Made by a program: the position numbers and the translations under genes. The notes under the pieces were generated by a model that saw only the letters and a program-made list of their open reading frames with translations, was not told the DNA's origin and did not search any database. Of a stretch of 64,000 nt of DNA, positions 33,801 through 45,111 are shown piece after piece. Numbering within the stretch: the stretch's first letter is position 1; each line of letters starts with the position of its first letter. Source of the DNA: Malacoraja senta (taxonomy: Eukaryota); NCBI GenBank assembly GCA_038087875.1, contig CM075993.1:3970001-4034000 (forward strand), read 5' to 3'.

Positions 33801-36800
33801 CTAGAAATAAACAGCAAGTCAGTCACTAGTTAACTCGATTCCCCAAGTCATGCCTGTTTCTTCAATAATTTAGTATTTCAATGAGTCTAGATTGACTTTG
33901 ACAGCTGGAATGGTTGGACTAGGTTCGTTCTGGTCTGAAGAAGGGTTTCGACCCCGAAACATCACTAATTCCTTCTCTCTGGAGATGCTACCTGTCCCAC
34001 TGAGTTACCCCAGCATTTTGTGTCTATCGTGACTTTGAGGGCTTTTTTTAACACTGATGTGATCACTTTAACACTGATGTGATCACAATGGATGGAGCAA
34101 ATGATTTGTGGTTAAACCCAGTTTACACTGGAATCTAAAATGTAAACAGAAATTGTCAGTGATACTCAGCAACCATTGAACAAGAAAGAGTTTTCAGAAG
34201 AGGGTAGGAAGGAACTGCAGATGCTGGTTTAAACCGAAGATAGACACAAAAAGCTGGAGTAACTCAGTGGGACAGGCAGCATCTCTGGAGAGAAGGAATG
34301 GGTGATGTTTTGGGTCGAGACCCTTCTTCAGACCCAATAAAGGATCTGATGTTTTTCCAGCGCATATTGTCACTATTTCTGTTATTAAAATGGTGCAGTA
34401 GTTAACTGACAAATACCATAAGACTTTGAATATTGGTTTGTGGTATATCAAGAACAAAAACTGCAGATACTAGAAATCTGAAACAAAAACAGAAAAATGC
34501 AATCAATTCTGAGTAAGGAAATCGGACATGAAATGTTACCTCTGATTCTCTCTCCACAGCTGCTACCTGCCCCGCTGAGTGTTTCTGGTATTTTCCTTTT
34601 TTATTATTAATTTCGGGAACATGACTTCACACTCAGCGACGGGAGTCACACATTTAAATTTAAGTACAGGAATAAAAACAGGAGTCATGAAAAAAAAAGT
34701 GTGCATCAGTATTGGTGGCAGTGAATTATTGAGGAAAAATACATATGGTTTCCTACTATCTTTCATATCAAAATGTGTACTGCCCTTGTTCTCCAGCATC
34801 TGGTGAACATCGACTCCGACATTCTGTCAATGATATTGATGCATGACATTTGTTTGTCCCCATTCTTACTGACCAAAGAATAGGTGAAGCATTTGGACCC
34901 TACTATTAGCCCAGTGTAGCTACTTTAATTGTTTATGACTAAGTTCTATAACGTTTGACTGTTGGCAGGCGATTTTCACTCCTGGGATAAATAAAGTTCT
35001 ATCGTATCATGACGAAGCATATCGTAAGATCATAAGATGTAGGAGCAGAATTAAGCTGTTCGGCTCATCAAGTCTGCTCCGCCATTCAATCATGGTTGGT
35101 CTATTTTTCCTTCTCAACCCCATTCTCTTGCCTTCTCCCCATAACCTTTAACACCCTTACTCATCAAGAACCTGGCAATCTCCACTTTAAAAAATGACCC
35201 AAATGACTTGGCCTCCACCACCAACTGTGGCAATGAAATTCCACAGATTCACCACCATCTGAAGAAAGAAATTCCTCCTCATCCTCTCGAGACCCACTCT
35301 ATTTAAGTCTCCGGAGGAGAACTGGAGATGCAGAGTAATGTTGCTCTGGACTCCAAACATGTCTTTGTGTGTCTCCATGTGTCTTTGTGCAGAATATTGT
35401 GACAGCGCTTGGAAGGTACTTCAATAATGAAGAGAGTCTCTCTGGAAGCACCTTTAGGAAGCCACGTACCAGAATCTCCAGCGTCTGGATACGTCCCTGA
35501 GCTTTCTCCAGCTGTGCCATCAAGCGTAGTCTCTCCGGGTCAGCCCAGGATTCCTGAAAGGAAGAGGGGGTCGTTAGGTGGGATGTGTAGAGGGAGGGTT
35601 CCCTTGACAGAGCTCAAAATAAAAACGTTGGAAAACTGAAATAAAAAATCAAAATATAAAAGAGAGCCTTGAGGAAATTTGGAAACATAGAAAATTGGTG
35701 CAGGAGTAGGCCATTCGGATCTTCGAGCCAGCACCGCCATTCAATATGATCATGGCTGATCATCCAAAATCAGTACCCCGTTCCTGCTTTCTCCCCATAT
35801 CCCTTGATTCCGTTAGCCCGAGGAGCTATATCTAACTCTATCTTGAATATATCAATTTTGTCGCATTAAGGCATTGAAAAATGTTATTCCATGTTGTAGG
35901 GTCATCAAAAGTTTCAAGACTGTCCTAGAGTTTCTAGAAATCGAGGATTCATTGCTGGTCAAAAATGCAAGCAAGATGCAAGAGAAAAGTCACAGGGCCT
36001 AATAATCTCTGTTTTCTTAACACTTTTGGTGATTGGTTATTGAAATATTGGAGTTGAAGTGAAATGTCTGATGAACCTGCTGGGATATAGCACTGGTAGA
36101 GCCACCTCCTCACAGCTCCAGAGACCCAAGTTCGATCCTGACCTCGGGTGCTGTCCATACAGAGTTTGTACGTTCTCCTTGTGACCCCGTGGGTTTTCTC
36201 TGGTTTCCTCCAAAGACATGCAGGTTTGTAGGGTTTCGGCCCGAAACGTTGCCTATTTCCTTCGCTCCATAGATGCTGCTGCACCCGCTTAGTTTCTCCA
36301 GCATTTTTGTGTACCTGGGATTTTCCAGTATCTGCAGTTCCTTCTTAAACAGGTTTGTAGGTTAGTTGGCTTCTGTAAATTGACCCTTGGTGTGTAGGAA
36401 AGATCCAGTGTATAGGTTGCCTTGGACTTGGTGGGCCAAAGGGCCTGTTTCCACGCTACATCTCTAAACTCTAAACCCCATTAGATTTGATAACCCTAAA
36501 CTTCACTATGGCTGCTTTTTGCAGCATCTACTGTTCAAAATGCATCTGAGTTAGCACTTCATATTCCACCTGGGTAGACTACGCCCAAAGGCATGGACAT
36601 TTAACTTTCCAATTTCAAGTCATCTTCTCTCCCGTTGTTCCTTTCTCTCTCCTTCTGCTCCACCCAGGTCCACTCACACGTCCCTTTCCCCTCCCTCACC
36701 TGGTTCCATCTGCCTACCATCCACACAATTAACTCACTGCGTCTCCCAATCCCTCCCACACTATTTTCATTGGGAACCAGAGGACATAGGTTTAAGGTGA

Positions 36801-39800
36801 GAGGGGAAAGATCTAATAGGAACCTAAAGGGCAACATATTCACTCAAAGGGTGGTGGGTATATGGAACGAGCAGCCAGAAAAGGTATTCGAGGCTGGTAC
36901 TATAAGAGCATTTAAAAGATACTTGGACGAGTATATATTTAAGAAAGAACTGCAGATGCTGGAAAAATCGAAGGTAGACAAAAATGCTGGAGAAACTCAG
37001 CGGGTGAGGCAGCATCTATGGAGAGAAGGAATAGGCAATGTTTCGGGTCGAGACCCTTCAAAAGACTGAAGGGGCTCAACCCAAAATGTCGCCTATTCCT
37101 TCTCTCCATAGATGCTGGACAAGTACATGGTTGTTTAGAAAGGTTTAGAGGGATATGGGGCCAAACGTGGGCAAATGGCACTAGTTTAGTTGAGTTGAGT
37201 TGAGTTTGGTATGGTTTATTGTCAAGTGGTACAGTAAAAAGCTTTTGTTGCGTGCTAACCAGCCAGCGGAAAGACAATGCATGATTAGAATCGAGCCATT
37301 CACAGTGTACAGATACATGATAAAGGAATAATATCTAGTGCGAGGTAAAGACAAGTGTCGATGGGCATCTTGGTCAGCATGGATGGGCTGGGCCGTGCTC
37401 CATGACCCTATTACTCTAGCAATGACCACTGTTTTAAACCCTGTGTTTAGTTTGGTTTAGAGATACAGCGCGGAAACAGGCCCTTCGGCCCATCTAGTCT
37501 GCGCCAACCAGCGATCCCTGCACATTAACACAATCCTACACACACTGGGGACAATGTACACTTGTACCAAGCCAATTAACCTACAAACCTGTACGTCTTT
37601 GGAGTGTGGGAGGAAATCGAAGATTTCGGTGAAAACCCACGCGGTTATGGGGAGAACGTACAAACTCCACACAGACAGCACCCGTGGTCGGGATCGAACC
37701 CGAGTCAGCAAGCGCTGTAAGACAGTAACTCTACCGCTGTGCCACCGTGCCGCCCTGTGCTTAAGGGAAGAGGTGCTACCTAATCGCTATCTACTGTATC
37801 TGTTGTTCAAGATGTGCTCATATACATCGGTGAGACCAAACGTAGACTGGCCCGATCGTTTCACTGAACACCTTCGCTCAGTCCGCCTGAACCTACCTGA
37901 TCTCATGGTTGCCAAACACTTTAATTCTCCTTCTCATTCCCACACTGACCTTTCTGTCCTAGGCCTCGTCCATTGTCAGAGTGAGGCTAAATACAAATTG
38001 GAGGAACAGCATCTCATATTAAACTTGGGCAGCTTACAGCCCAGTGGTATGAATATTGATTTCGCTAACTTCAAGGAACCCCTGCATTCTCTCTCCCTCC
38101 ATCCCTCCCCCACCCAAGTCGCACCAGCTTCTCATTTTCACCCAACAAACAGCAAACAATGGCCTGTTTCCTTTATCATCGTTACGTTTTAGCATATCTT
38201 TCATCTGTGTTCTTTATCTCTCTACATCACCGTCTATATCTCTCGTTTCCCTTTTCCGTGACTTTCGACCTGAAACGTCACCTATTCCTTCTCTCCAGAG
38301 ATGCTGCCTGTCCCGCTGAGTTACTCTGGCTTTTTGTGTCTACCTTTGGTTTAAACCAGCGTCGGCAGTTCCTTCCAACACCTGTTTGCTTTGTTGTTCA
38401 GTCTTGGCCGCGATGTTCGCTCAGCCTTACCTTGGCGGGGAAGACCGGCTGCTGCAGGATAATGGGTGTAGGCTGCAGCCGCAGCTGCCCCAGCTCATCC
38501 CGCAGCCGTGCATTCTCAGCCAGCAATACTGCCTCCACCTCTCTCCTCACGCTCTCCTCTATGGCCCCTGGTTAAAAACAGGATGCCTTAGGATTCATTC
38601 AATTGCCATCCAACCCCACGACCAGTGTTGCTGTCCATTAATATACAAACATCAACATCTTCAACATCTCCAAAGACGTACAGGTTTGTCGGTTAATTGG
38701 CTTGGTGTAAATGTGAATTGTCCCTGGTGTGTGTGTAGGATAGTGTTAATGTGCGGGGATCGCTGGTCGGCCTGGACTCACTGCCTTGACTCTCCAATGT
38801 AGAAGGAATGGGACTACTTTACGCTTGATACCACCAGAGCCATCTCTAGTGTGAGTTATCACCAGTTTAACTTGTGCGGCACGGTGGCGCAGCGGTAGAG
38901 TGCTGCCTTACAGCGCCAGAGACCCGGGTTCTATCCTGACTACGGGTGACGTCCGTACGGAGTTTGTCCATCCTCCCCGTGACCTGTGTGGGTTTGTTCC
39001 GATAAATTTGGTTTCCTCCCACACTCCAAAGACGTACAAGTTTGTTGGTTAATAGGCTTGGTGTAAATGTAAATTGTCCCTAGTGTGTGTGTGTAGGATA
39101 GTGTTAGTGCGCGGGGATCGCTGGTCGGTGGATGGGAGGTTGCATTGTCGGGGACGCGGGGACCAGAGGTTGACGGAAACATTAGTGGGAGGTTGGAAAG
39201 TCCTGGTGAGCCAGCATTGGTTCGACGGGCCGAATGGCCTGCGTGGATATAAATAAAGACACTGTGGTAGCCCGTCATGGTGATGCTGGTTGCGAGGAGG
39301 TGGGTTGGGGGAATCACTGTGATACAACAAGAACAGGCACTGCTATATTCCTTGCTCCAACTTCACTAATCTTCCCTCTTCTATCCTTAACTCACACCGT
39401 TCGTCTCTTCATCTCATCATCATTTTTCCAAACATCTACCGATCATAAATCTCCCCTCACCTGTATCCACCTATCACTTGTCTGCCTCCTTCTCATTTCC
39501 AGCTTTCCCCTCCGCCCCACCTCCCCCCTTCTACCACCACAATCAGTCTGAAGAAGGGTCCCGACCTGAAACGTCATCTATCCATGTTCCCCAGAGATGC
39601 TGCCTGACCCACTGAGTTACACCAGCATTTTGTGTCTATCTTTGTTCTTAGCTGTTCCTCGATATCACGTGGAGTGAATCAATTTGGCTTAAGAATGGCT
39701 CTATGATGTTTGGGATCTCAGGATTTTGCTCCAACTAACCTACCTGTTCGTTTTTTGGAAGCGTCAGCCTTTTCTCTCGGTCTCTCGTTCAACTTCAGGT

Positions 39801-42800
39801 TTAAAATATTCTCCATTTTTTCTATGACCTGCAGTGAGAAGACAACAAATAGATCCGCGAGATGGTGTTCATGTGGAAGGTGAGGGGTGTTATTCCGCAT
39901 CTGATCTAACCACACTCTCGCAAACGTGAGGCAGATCAGTTAATCTTGAAGCCAGAACATCAAGGGAGTTGTCCACCACATCACTGATAGGTCTGTGGTG
40001 AGCAACGTGGAGACAGGACTGCTGCCTCACAGCCCCAGAGACCCCGGTTCGATCCTGACTTAGTTTAGTTTAGTTTAGAGGTACAGCGTGGAAACAGGCC
40101 CTTCAGCCCATCAGGTCCTCGCCGACCAATGATCACCCGTACACTAGTTCTATCCTACACATTAGGGGCGATTTACAGAAGCTGATGAGCCTACAAACCC
40201 GCACGTCTTTGGAGGGCAGCAACTCTACCGCTGCGCCTCCGTGGCATTGGAATTGTGAGCCCTTCAAACAGCCAGCATTACCACTTCCTGTTGTCGTATG
40301 GTGTCTTCCAGGAGTTTTGACTTGCGCATTTTGTCCTGGTGTTTCTGTAACGCTGCGTGCTGCTGCTGGTGGGCTTTCTGTAGCCGCAACAGCTCCGTCT
40401 CCCGGTCGTTCTTCTGCAAGAGTCAACATTGACACCAAAGGCTTAGAGACTGGCTCGTCCGCACTGCCCCAAGAGTAGGAGTACTACTCTTTATCCCCTT
40501 TCGGTAAAACCAATGCCTCCGCGGAGTCGGATCACGCTTCAAGCAATGGGTAAAGTAGCATAATACAAAAATGCTGGAGGATCTTAACCAGTGTTGGAGG
40601 GAGTGGATGGATGACGTTTCGGGTAGGAATGGTTCTTCACACTGAAGAAGGTAGCATAGTGGATATCATTAATCAGACTTTACTAGACTTGATCTTGTAC
40701 TAAACATTATTGCCTTTAACCTGTATCTCTACACTCAATTGTAATCCTGCATAGTCTTTCCGCTGACTGGTTAGCACGCAACAAAAACTTTTCATTGTAC
40801 CTCGGTACACGTGGCAATAAATTAAACTCAACTAGTCCCCTTTGCCCACATTTGGCCCCATATCCCTCTAAACTTTTCTAAACAGCCATGTACTTGTCCA
40901 AGATTCTTTCAAAATGCTCTTATACTCCTTGCGTCAAATATCATCTCTGGCCTCTTGTTCAATATACCCACCACCCTTTGAAGAAACTCTTTTCACTGTA
41001 CCTCGGTACACGTAACAATTTGATGTCCCCATTTGAGTTGCTTGACTCCTTCCCAACACATGGAGGTAACTTACAACGGGCATGACCTATCAACGTGTCA
41101 TTGGGATCCGGGCAGACAGTAAAGGGGCTGTCCCACTTGGGTGACCTAATTGGTGAGTTTAGAAGAGTTTAGGAGAGTTTGAAAAAATGTCATGTTGAAG
41201 ACCTCCTTCGACTATGTTGAAAACCAGCTTCAACTAGCTACGACTAACTTCGGGAAAATTGGACACCGAATAGTGGAGAGTGAAGACGACCTCCTTCGAT
41301 CTCCTTCGACCTCCCTTCGACTATGATGTACACTATCTACGACTACCTTCGACTACCCTCGATTACCTACGACTAACATGCCAATCTACTACGACCTACT
41401 ACGACTAAACCTACCATGTAGAAAATCACCTGAACACATGCAATCAAATGCGCACCGATCTATTAGAAAAATCTTAATTACTTAACAGCATGCACAAGGC
41501 ATCAAGACAGACACCTCGCGTGTTTGGTTGTCTCGGTTTTATATACAGGTCCTTTAAAGAATCTTCTCACTATATCTTTTCAACTTACCCGGATTAATTC
41601 ATTCTGCTGTTGCTGCAACTTATCTTTGCTTTTCAGATGCTCAGCAGTCTCACTGGCCAGTTTGTGTTTCAATAAGACTGGAAGACATGAAAGCGACAGA
41701 GATCTTGAAAGGAAAAATAGTCCAAACTGCATCTCGTTCAACTATTTTCTCATTCAACTCATTTTCAGCCAACAGTGAGAATTTTAGGTAGTCAAAAATG
41801 CTGGAGAAACTCAGCGGGTGAGGCAGCATCTATGGAGCGAAGGAAATGGTGACGTTCCGGGTCGAAACCCATCTTCATCCACTCCCTGCACACTGGGGAC
41901 AATTTACAGAAGCCAATTAACCCACAAACCCGTACGTTCTCCCCGAGTTTGTACGTTCTCCCCGTGACGGCGTGGGTTTTCTCCGAGATCTTCAGTTTCC
42001 TCCCACACTCCAAGGACGTACAGGTTTGTAGGTTAATTGGCTTGGTGTAATTGTAAATTGTTCCTAGTGTGTGTAGGATCGTGTTAATGTGCGAGGATCG
42101 CTGGTGGGCCAAAGGGCCTGTTTCCATGCTTTATATCTGAACTAAACAAAAACATTTGCAACTTATAGACTTTAGACTTTAGAGATACATCACAGAAAAA
42201 GGCCCTTCAGCCCAACGAGCCCAGGCCAACCAACACGAGCACTGCCCTACACACTAGTGACAATTTATATAGATTTTTTACCAAAGCCAATTAACCTACA
42301 AACCTGGAGTGTGGGTGGAAACAGGAGCACCCAGAGAAAACCCACACGGTCACAGGGAGAACGTACAAACTCCATACAGAGAGCACCCGTAGTCGGGATC
42401 GAACCCGGGCCTCTGGCGCTGTTAGGCAGCAACTCTCCTGCTGCGCCACCGTGCCGCTCCTCAGATTTCTACCCTCGAGTTTCACAATTCGCAACTCTTT
42501 ATCCTATCTGAGCTCACTCCTGCCTTTTCATCTCTGGCCTTTGTCCAACAATCTGCCCATCAGGAAACCCTCTTGCATATGCTCGCCGACTATAAGCCGT
42601 GCCCAATCCTGCCCCTTCTCTCTTCCAGCTTTCTTTCCCAACCCCCCCCCCCCCCCACCACAGTCAGTCTTAAGATGGGTCCCGACCCAAAACATCACCT
42701 ATCCATGATCTCCAGAGACAATAGACAATAGACAATAGGTGCAGGAGTAGGTCATTTGGCCCTTCGAGCCAGCACCGCCATTCAATGTGATCATGGCTGA

Positions 42801-43384
42801 TCATCCCCAATCAGTACCCCGTTCCTGCCTTCTCCCCATATCCCCTGACTCCGCTATTTTTAAGAGCCCTATCCAGCTCTCTCTTGAAAGCATCCAGAGA
42901 ACCGGCCTCCACCGCCCTCTGAGGCAGAGAATTCTACAGACTCACCACTCTCTGTGAGAAAAAGTGATTCCTCGTCTCCGTTCTAAATGGCTTACCCCTT
43001 ATTCTTAAACTGTGTGGCCCCTGGTTCTGGACTCCCCCAACATCGGGAACATGTTCCCTGCCTCTAGCGTGTCCAAACCCTTAACAATCTTGCCTTGACA
43101 ATCAAGAAGCTGCCCGACCCGCTGAGTTGCTCACGCATTTTTGTGTCTTCCTTCAAGATAAATCTTATTTGCCGGTACGTTACACACCGATTCTGTCCCG
43201 CTATTTCCGCCTTGGTCATCACATCGATGTCGGTGTCATCCAGCAGGCTTTGGCCCAGGTTCTGGTGCAGGTTGAGCTCGCTGCGAAGTTTGCTGTTCTC
43301 AGTCTCCAGTCTCCCGGTGTCGTTCCTCAGTTTGATGATGTCCGCGGCCATTTTCTGCATCGCAGCCCGGTAATTGTCCAACTC
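33684..43384 (-). CDS. CCDC33: Coiled-coil domain-containing protein 33, seven 3' exons (partial; 5' and terminal exons not located)
   Basis: Spliced peptide ELDNYRAAMQKMAADII...QNELIR-KNDRETELL...VIEKME...VLLAENARLR...PIILQQP...LEKAQGRIQTLE...RKWGRERQ parallels the CCDC33 C-terminus as I recall it. Conserved convergent synteny with CYP11A1. Confidence 0.9.
35470..35553 (-). CDS. CCDC33: CCDC33 exon (ESWADPERLRLMAQLEKAQGRIQTLEIL)
   Basis: ctttcag| acceptor, |gtacgt donor, 84 nt. Confidence 0.86.
37447..37755 (-). mobile_element. V-SINE (HE1-like) tRNA-derived SINE, representative of >25 full or partial copies (e.g. 1-620, 4480-4750, 23410-23652, 33062-33330, 50471-50780, 51007-51298, 59878-60197, 62425-62700, 63863-64000)
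   Basis: tRNA head GGCACGGTGGCACAGCGGTAG...GGTTCGATCC; central GGAGTTTGTACGTTCTCCCC...TTTCCTCCCAC; CR1-like tail GGGCCGAAGGGCCTGTTTCC...(CTAAA)n. Confidence 0.85.
37775..38385 (+). mobile_element. Penelope-like element 3' end: GIY-YIG endonuclease fragment plus terminal repeat
   Basis: Frameshifted YIGETKR, then DRFTEHLRSV...VAKHFNSPSH...LEEQHLI..LGSLQPSGMNIDF, running into the GAAACGTCACC...CTCCAGAGATGCTGCC repeat. Confidence 0.85.
38431..38567 (-). CDS. CCDC33: CCDC33 exon (AIEESVRREVEAVLLAENARLRDELGQLRLQPTPIILQQPVFPAK)
   Basis: taaccag| acceptor, |gtaagg donor, 137 nt, phase 1 to 0. Confidence 0.88.
39744..39828 (-). CDS. CCDC33: CCDC33 exon (VIEKMENILNLKLNERPREKADASKKRT)
   Basis: ctgcag| acceptor, |gtaggt donor, 85 nt, phase 0 to 1. 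Confidence 0.87.
40282..40413 (-). CDS. CCDC33: CCDC33 exon (KNDRETELLRLQKAHQQQHAALQKHQDKMRKSKLLEDTIRQQEV)
   Basis: cttgcag| acceptor, |gtaatg donor, 132 nt, phase 0-0. Confidence 0.88.
41123..41415. mobile_element. Truncated Harbinger-like element (left TIR only) with internal (CGACTA)-like repeats
   Basis: TAA|AGGGGCTGTCCCACTTGG left end; no right TIR seen. Confidence 0.6.
41589..41677 (-). CDS. CCDC33: CCDC33 exon (VLLKHKLASETAEHLKSKDKLQQQQNELIR)
   Basis: cttccag| acceptor, |gtaagt donor, 89 nt, phase 1 to 0. Confidence 0.88.
42716..43092 (-). mobile_element. CR1 3' fragment
   Basis: Same tail family as 132-510, 44414-44750, 46167-46540 and 61900-62247. Confidence 0.88.
43188..43384 (-). 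CDS. CCDC33: CCDC33 exon (ELDNYRAAMQKMAADIIKLR...DVMTKAEIA); apparent 1-nt insertion near its 3' end
   Basis: ctccag| acceptor; |gtgtgt donor gives 197 nt (phase 2), but the next exon needs phase 1. Confidence 0.85.
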
Positions 43385-43729
43385 CTGGAGGCGGCACAGC
43401 AAAAAAAAAAAAATCAGAGTTGTACACCCCCCCCCCATCTCCGCGCCCACACTAATCTCATTTATCCGCATAGCTCCATAGCCTTCGATGCCTCGTTGAT
43501 TCAAGTACTTTTTCTAAGTGCTTCGTAAGCGTGAGACCACCTCTTCCAGCAGTGTGTTCCAGACTCCAACCACCATCTGTGTGGAAAAATACCCCCCCCC
43601 CCCCCTCAGATCCCCTAAACCTCCTATACGTTGAGTTGAGTTTAGTTTGGAGATACAGCGTGGAAACAGGCCCTTCGGCTCACCGGGTCCGAGCCGACCA
43701 GCGATACCCAGCAGGACCAAAAACAAAGG

Positions 43730-43876
43730 TAGACAAAAGTGCTGGAGAAACTCAGCGGGTGCGGCAGCATCTATGGAGCGAAGGAAATAGGCAACGTTTC
43801 GGCCCGAAACGTTGCCTATTTCCTTCGCTCCATAGATGCTGCTGCACCCGCTGAGTTTCTCCAGCACTTTTGTCTA
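43730..43876. repeat. Near-perfect 147-bp palindrome of the Penelope-derived repeat
   Basis: 73-bp arms with a single G-U wobble and a 1-nt centre. Confidence 0.92.
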
Positions 43877-45011
43877 TCTTAAACTGTGACCCTTGGCTCT
43901 GACTCCCCCAACATCGGGAACATTTTTTCCTGCAATCTAGCCTGTCCGATCCCTGAAGAATTTTACACGCTGTATAACTCTCTCTTATTCCCATTTCAGG
44001 TGGCCAACAGCAGCATCTATGGAGCAAAGGAAATAGGCAACGTTTCGGGCCAAAAACCCTTCTTCAGAACAAAAACAAGACCTGTCAAAGGGCGGATGAG
44101 CTCCTAGCGAGCCAACGGCCATCCACACTTCTGTAGAAGTTGTGATCACTGTCGTACGTAGCATTGATGTTTACAACGATGATGATGACACAGATATGCA
44201 TTACAAGCTGGACTAACAATGTTTAGTTTAGTTTAGAGATACAGTGCGGAAACAGGCCCTTCAGTCCACTGAGTCCACACCGATCGGCGATCCCCGCACA
44301 TTGACACCATCCTACACCCATTAGGGACAATTTTTACATTTACCAAGCCAATCGACCTATAAACCTGTACATCTTTAGAGTGTGTGGGAGGAAACCGAAG
44401 ATCTCAGAGATAAACGTTCCCGATGTTGGGGGAGTCCAGAACCAGGGGCCACACACAGTTTAAGAATAAGGGGTGAGCCATTTAGAACGGAGACGAGGAA
44501 ACACTTTTTCTCACAGAGAGTGGTGAGTCTGTGGAATTCTCTGCCTCAGAGGGCGGTGGAGGCAGGTTCACTGGATGCTTTCAAGAGAGAGCTAGATAGG
44601 GCTCACAAAGATAGCGGAGTCAGGGGATATGGGGAGAAGGCAGGAACGGGGTACTGATTGGGGATGATCAGCCATGATCACATTGAATGGCGGTGCTGGC
44701 TCGAAGGGCCGAATGGCCTACCCCTGCACCTATTGTGTATTGTGTATTGTAACCTTTGACACCCGTAGTATCCAGAGACTACGGGGAGAAGGCAGTTACG
44801 GGGAGAAGGCAGGAGGATGGGGTAGATAGTGATAGATCAGCCATGATTGAATGGCAGAGTAGACTTGATGGGCCGAATGGCCTACTTCTGCTCTTATGAC
44901 TTATGAACATGAGTACAGCACAGAATCTGGCCCATTTGGCCCACGATGTTTGTGCCGAACATAATGCCAAGTTATACCAATCTCCGCTGCCTGCACGCAG
45001 TCCATGTCGCT

Positions 45012-45111
45012 GATTCCCTGCATATCCATGAGATTCCCTGCAAATCCATGAGATTCCCTGCAAATCCATGAGATTCCCTGCAAATCCATGATATTCCCTG
45101 CATATCCCCAT
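45012..45111. repeat. 20-bp minisatellite (GATTCCCTGCAAATCCATGA), about 5 copies
   Basis: Direct tandem units with no spacers. Confidence 0.9.

Noticed and set aside
34047..34086. 20-bp tandem duplication TTTAACACTGATGTGATCAC
   Set aside because: Simple slippage duplication in an intron with no further structure.
45012..45111. Regular 20-bp repeats resembling a CRISPR array
   Set aside because: Units are contiguous with no unique spacers, no cas genes are present, and the context is a vertebrate intron; it is a minisatellite.
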